Position numbers and translations under genes: made by a program. From Occultella glacieicola (GTDB lineage: Bacteria > Actinomycetota > Actinomycetes > Actinomycetales > Beutenbergiaceae): a stretch of DNA of 64,000 bases. Below the pieces are notes generated by a model, which had not been told where the DNA came from, searched no databases, and was given only the letters and a program-made list of their open reading frames with translations. Shown one piece after another: positions 57,485 to 64,000 of this stretch (position 1 is its first letter; each line of letters opens with the position of its first letter). The DNA is taken from positions 248,001 through 312,000 of the forward strand of contig NZ_SMNA01000001.1 in NCBI RefSeq assembly GCF_004353825.1. Direction: 5' to 3'.

Positions 57485-57518
57485 TGAATGCGTGTGTAGG
57501 ATGCTGAACGTGCGTTCA
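57485..57518 (+). promoter_or_regulatory. Tandem imperfect TGAAC-N4-GTTCA operators over -10 and start codon (RaaS-type)
   Basis: TGAATGCGTGTGTA at 57485-57498 and TGAACGTGCGTTCA at 57505-57518. The -10 TAGGAT is at 57497-57502. Confidence 0.65.
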
Positions 57519-58208
57519 ACACCGACCGGTCCAGAGCGGTCCGCAGACGACCTGACCGCCCGCGCTCGCATCCGCGACGCGGCGGTCAGGCGGTTCGCGA
57601 CCGACGGCCTCGCCGCACCGTTGCGGACCATCGCCGCCGACGCCGGCGTCAGCCCGGGCCTGATCCTGCATCACTTCGGCTCCCGGGACGGGCTGCGCGA
57701 TGAGTGCGACCAGTTCGTGCTGGACGAGATGTTCCGAGCCGATGACGAACTCCTTCGCGACAGTGGCGCGAGCACGGCAGCGGCCTGGCTCGCCGGCCTC
57801 GGCCAGCACAGTGCCATGGTCGGCTACATGCTGCGCCTGCTGCAGCACGGCGGGCCGGTGCTGACCGCGTTCGTGGACCGGATGGTCGCCGCCACCGTGG
57901 ACTACCTCGAGGCCGGGGTCGCGGACGGGTCGATCCGACCGAGCCTGGCGCCCAGGGCCCGGGCGCGGTACATCGTCGAGTCGAGTCTCGGGGCCCTGCT
58001 GCTGCGCATGCCGGCGGCCCGGGACCGGCTCGACCTGGATGCGCTCGCGGACGTCCTGCAGGCCTACACCGAGGAGGTCACGGTGCCGACCCTCGAGCTC
58101 TACACGGAGGGCCTGCTCGTCGACCGCAGCCTGCTGGAGGCGTTCGCCGCGAACCTGCCGGGCGAGTCCCCGGGCACCGAACCGGAACAGGAAGGGCATC
58201 ACACATGA
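57510..58208 (+). CDS. TetR regulator (RaaS/Rv1219c-like)
   Basis: Reads MRS...DLTARARIRDAA...GVSPGLILHHFGSRDGLR..CD. Leaderless GTG at 57510. Confidence 0.88.
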   Translation: MRSTPTGPERSADDLTARARIRDAAVRRFATDGLAAPLRTIAADAGVSPGLILHHFGSRDGLRDECDQFVLDEMFRADDELLRDSGASTAAAWLAGLGQHSAMVGYMLRLLQHGGPVLTAFVDRMVAATVDYLEAGVADGSIRPSLAPRARARYIVESSLGALLLRMPAARDRLDLDALADVLQAYTEEVTVPTLELYTEGLLVDRSLLEAFAANLPGESPGTEPEQEGHHT

Positions 58209-59110
58209 CTGCGATCCGCACCGAGAACCTCGTCAAGACGTTCGGCACCACCCGGGCGCTCGACGGGTTCGACCTGACCGTCGAGACCGGCCAGGTGGCC
58301 GGCTTCCTGGGCCCGAACGGCGCCGGTAAGTCCACCACCATCCGGGTCCTGCTCGGGATGCTGCGCGCCGACTCCGGCAGCGCGAGCGTGCTCGGAATGG
58401 ACCCCTTCCGCGACGCCGTCGCGGTGCACCGCCGCCTCGCCTACGTGGCCGGCGACGTGAGCCTGTGGCCGAACCTGACCGGCGGTGAGATCGTCGACCT
58501 GCTCACCCGCATCCACGGCGGCACGCCGCGGCGGGACGCCCGCCGGGCCGACCTCCTCGACCGGTTCGAGCTGGACCCGACGAAGAAGGCGCGCACCTAC
58601 TCCAAGGGCAACCGGCAGAAGGTCGCACTCGTGGCGGCGCTGTGCACCGACGCCGAGCTGTACCTGTTCGACGAGCCGACCTCGGGTCTTGACCCGCTGA
58701 TGGAGGCCGTGTTCACCGACGAGGTCAGGGCCCTGCGCGACGCCGGGCACACCGTGCTGCTGTCCAGCCACATCCTGGCCGAGGTCGAGAAGCTCTGCGA
58801 CACGGTCACGATCATCCGCTCCGGCCGGGCGGTGGAGACCGGCACGCTCGGCGACCTGCGCCACCTCACTCGGTCCTCGGTGACCGCCACCACCGCGGCC
58901 GATCCCGCTCGACTGGCCGCGCTGCCGGGCGTGCACGACCTGGTGGCCGAGGACGCCCGGGTGCGGTTCGACGTCGACGACGCCGAGATCAGCGGCGTTC
59001 TGGCGGCCCTGAACGAGGCCGGCGTGTCCCACCTGACCGTGGCGCCGCCGTCGCTCGAGGAGCTCTTCATGCGGCACTACGGCGACGAGACCGTCGCGGC
59101 GGGGGCCTGA
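58205..59110 (+). CDS. ABC ATP-binding protein (TnrB2/Rv1218c-like)
   Basis: Motifs GPNGAGKST, YSKGNRQKV and DEPTSGLDPLME. Confidence 0.95.
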   Translation: MTAIRTENLVKTFGTTRALDGFDLTVETGQVAGFLGPNGAGKSTTIRVLLGMLRADSGSASVLGMDPFRDAVAVHRRLAYVAGDVSLWPNLTGGEIVDLLTRIHGGTPRRDARRADLLDRFELDPTKKARTYSKGNRQKVALVAALCTDAELYLFDEPTSGLDPLMEAVFTDEVRALRDAGHTVLLSSHILAEVEKLCDTVTIIRSGRAVETGTLGDLRHLTRSSVTATTAADPARLAALPGVHDLVAEDARVRFDVDDAEISGVLAALNEAGVSHLTVAPPSLEELFMRHYGDETVAAGA

Positions 59111-59113
59111 GCC

Positions 59114-60790
59114 ATGACCGCGACCACGCAGACCCACCACGCCGCGCACCGCGCACCCGCGGATCGGCAGCGACGCAGCGGGACATCGGTGCGCGAACCC
59201 TGGGCCGGGACCGGGCAGCTGCTCCGGCTGGCGCTGCGGCGGGACCGGATCCGGATCCTGATCTGGTTCGTCGCGATCGTCGGGACCGTCGCGGCCACCG
59301 TCCCCGCCCTCGAGGTCGCCTATCCGGACGCCGCGGCCCGGCAGGCCCGTGCCGCGATCCTGACGAACCCGTCCGCGGTCATGATGACCGGGCCCGCGTT
59401 CGGCCTCGACGACTACACGCTCGGCGCGATGGTCGCCAACGAGCTGAGCCTGAGCCTGTTCGTCACGGTCGCCGTGATGAGCGTCCTGCTGACCGTCCGG
59501 CACACCCGATCGGAGGAGGAGGCAGGCCGGACCGAGCTCCTGCGCGGGCTGCCGGTTGGTCACTACGCGCCGGCGACGGCGGCCCTCGTCCATGTCGCGG
59601 GCGTGAACCTCGTGATCGGGGCCGGCACGGCGCTGGCGCTGCTCGGCGGTGGCCTGGAGGTCGCCGGCAGCGCCGCGATGGGGTTGGCGACGGCGGTGAC
59701 CGGACTCGTGTTCGGCGCCGTCGCCGCGGTCACGACGCAGGTGACGGCGCACGCGCGCGCCGCGACCGGGATGGCCATGGTGGTCCTCGCCGCCGCGTTC
59801 GTGGCCCGCGGGGTCGGCGACGTGATCGACTCGCAGGGATCCTGGCTGTCCTGGCTCTCCCCGCTCGCGTGGGCGCAGCAGACCCGGCTCTTCGTGGACC
59901 TGCGGTGGTGGCCGCTGGCCCTCTCGCTCGCGCTGACCGTCGTCCTGCTCGCGGTCTCCGTGCGGCTGGCCCGGCGGCGCGACCTCGGCGCGGGCCTGCG
60001 CCCGGAGCGCGGCGGACGGGCGGCCGCGAACCCGATCCTGCTGAGCGGACAGGGCTTGGCCCTGCGGCTGCTGCGGGGCACGATCATCGGATGGTCGGTC
60101 GGCCTGGTGCTGATGGCGATCACGTTCGGCAGCCTCGCGAACTCGCTCGAGGACATGCTCGCCGAGGTCCCGGACCTCGGCGCCTGGATCGGGATGGGCG
60201 GCGGCGACCTGATCGACGCGTTCGCGGGCGCGATGCTGTCCTTCCTGGTGTTCGGCGTCGGGGCGTTCGCGGTCGGGGCGGTGCTGCGGCTCAAGACCGA
60301 GGAGGAGGGCGGGCGCGGCGAGGCCGTACTGGCCACCGGTGCCTCCCGCCTCGGCTGGGTCGCGAACTGGTTCGCCGTGGTGGTCGTGGCGTCGATCGTG
60401 ATGCTGGTGCTGTCCGGGCTCGGGCTTGGGCTCGGCGTGCAGGCGGCGACCGGGTCCGCGGACGCGATCGGACGGCTCGCCGTGTCGTCGCTGGCCTACC
60501 TGCCCGCGGTGCTGGTGATGGCCGCGCTCGCGCTCGCGCTGTTCGGGCTCGTGCCGCCGCTGGCGGGACTCGCCTGGGTGCTGGTCGCCTGGGTCGTCTT
60601 CGTCGGCTGGGTGGGTGCCCTGCTGGACCTGCCGGCGGGACTGATGGGTATCTCGCCCGTGGACCGCACCCCGACGGTGCCGGTCGAGGCGGCCGACCCC
60701 GGCCCGCTCCTGGTGCTCACGGCGATCGCCGCGGTCCTGACCATCGGTGGCCTGCTCGGGATCCGCCGTCGGGACATCCGCTCCAGCTAG
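59114..60790 (+). CDS. ABC-2 polyether/antibiotic exporter permease (TnrB3/Rv1217c-like)
   Basis: Motifs LRLALRRDR, RHTRSEEEAGRTEL, RRDLGAG and RRRDI C-terminus. Confidence 0.92.
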   Translation: MTATTQTHHAAHRAPADRQRRSGTSVREPWAGTGQLLRLALRRDRIRILIWFVAIVGTVAATVPALEVAYPDAAARQARAAILTNPSAVMMTGPAFGLDDYTLGAMVANELSLSLFVTVAVMSVLLTVRHTRSEEEAGRTELLRGLPVGHYAPATAALVHVAGVNLVIGAGTALALLGGGLEVAGSAAMGLATAVTGLVFGAVAAVTTQVTAHARAATGMAMVVLAAAFVARGVGDVIDSQGSWLSWLSPLAWAQQTRLFVDLRWWPLALSLALTVVLLAVSVRLARRRDLGAGLRPERGGRAAANPILLSGQGLALRLLRGTIIGWSVGLVLMAITFGSLANSLEDMLAEVPDLGAWIGMGGGDLIDAFAGAMLSFLVFGVGAFAVGAVLRLKTEEEGGRGEAVLATGASRLGWVANWFAVVVVASIVMLVLSGLGLGLGVQAATGSADAIGRLAVSSLAYLPAVLVMAALALALFGLVPPLAGLAWVLVAWVVFVGWVGALLDLPAGLMGISPVDRTPTVPVEAADPGPLLVLTAIAAVLTIGGLLGIRRRDIRSS

Positions 60791-61066
60791 CCGGGCGGAA
60801 TCAGGCCGGGGGGCGCGTGGCCCGTCCGCCTGCCACCTCCCGCGACCCGCGCGGCGAGGACGTTGCCAAGCCCTCGAATCAGCCGGGCCCGCCGACCATC
60901 TCGAGGGAGCGGCGGCTGAATCGCTGGGTCGCCGGTCCGGGACGCGGGTGGCGAATGCTCGCCCGCGGGCCGGCCGCGCCCTACGGTGGGACCGGGCGCC
61001 GCGAACTCCGGCGCCGTGGCCGGCGCCGACGCCGGGCACCGCATCGGAGAGCGAGGGTCGCCGGCG

Positions 61067-63693
<2,627 letters not shown>

Positions 63694-63801
63694 TTACCCC
63701 GAGCATGCCGTCCAGGGCACCGGTCGGGGTTCGCCGGACGGTGCAGCCGGAGAGTGGCGTCCGGGTGAGGCAACGCACGTCAGTCGCCGGTCAGTCGTGG
63801 G

Positions 63802-64000
63802 TCAGCCGCCGGTCAGCGTCAGGAGGATCAGGCCCAGGTTCAGGGCGACCACCGCGACCACGATGCCGGTCAGGACCCACCGGATCACGGGGCCGTTCGC
63901 GGACTCGCCCATCAGGGTGCGATCCGACGTCAGGCGGAGCAGCGGCACCAGGGCGAACGGGATCCCGAAGCTCAGCACCACCTGCGAGATCACCAGGGCC
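63802..64000 (-). CDS. mntH: Nramp Mn2+/Fe2+ transporter, 3' end (truncated by window edge)
   Basis: ALVISQVVLSFGIPFALVPL..LTSDR.LMG..AN signature. Confidence 0.88.
   Translation of the reverse strand, partial: ALVISQVVLSFGIPFALVPLLRLTSDRTLMGESANGPVIRWVLTGIVVAVVALNLGLILLTLTGG

Noticed and set aside
60832..60952. Nested short stems downstream of the exporter permease
   Set aside because: The stems are only 5-7 bp in very GC-rich DNA. I cannot distinguish them from chance or from an ordinary terminator without computation.

Overview
High-GC actinobacterial chromosome segment (gene content suggests Micrococcales; inference) with about 60 CDS. I found no rRNA, tRNA, CRISPR array, integrase or transposase. 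From left to right it carries: a DeoR/LacI-controlled sugar ABC cluster; an orphan Pro-rich MinD/ParA-like ATPase; a TrpXYZ-type ABC importer; a HelD RNA-polymerase recycling ATPase; four NarL-type two-component systems interleaved with four ABC exporters (one RaaS/Rv1217c-1219c-like); sseA-sufE; a BkaR-type methylcrotonyl-CoA carboxylase/bioY/MaoC/citE operon; a G-rich 8-bp tandem array beside a DUF222-HNH gene; a Tat multicopper oxidase whose T1 axial residue is Leu; rifampicin monooxygenase (rox); and the 3' end of mntH. Four pseudogenes or remnants are visible (two MFS, one AfsR/SARP, one deaminase fragment), as are many leaderless promoters, several operators and some unexplained structured intergenic elements. 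I did not identify a single unmistakably new multi-gene system. The best leads are listed as findings. All family calls come from recognising motifs by eye, not from database searches.
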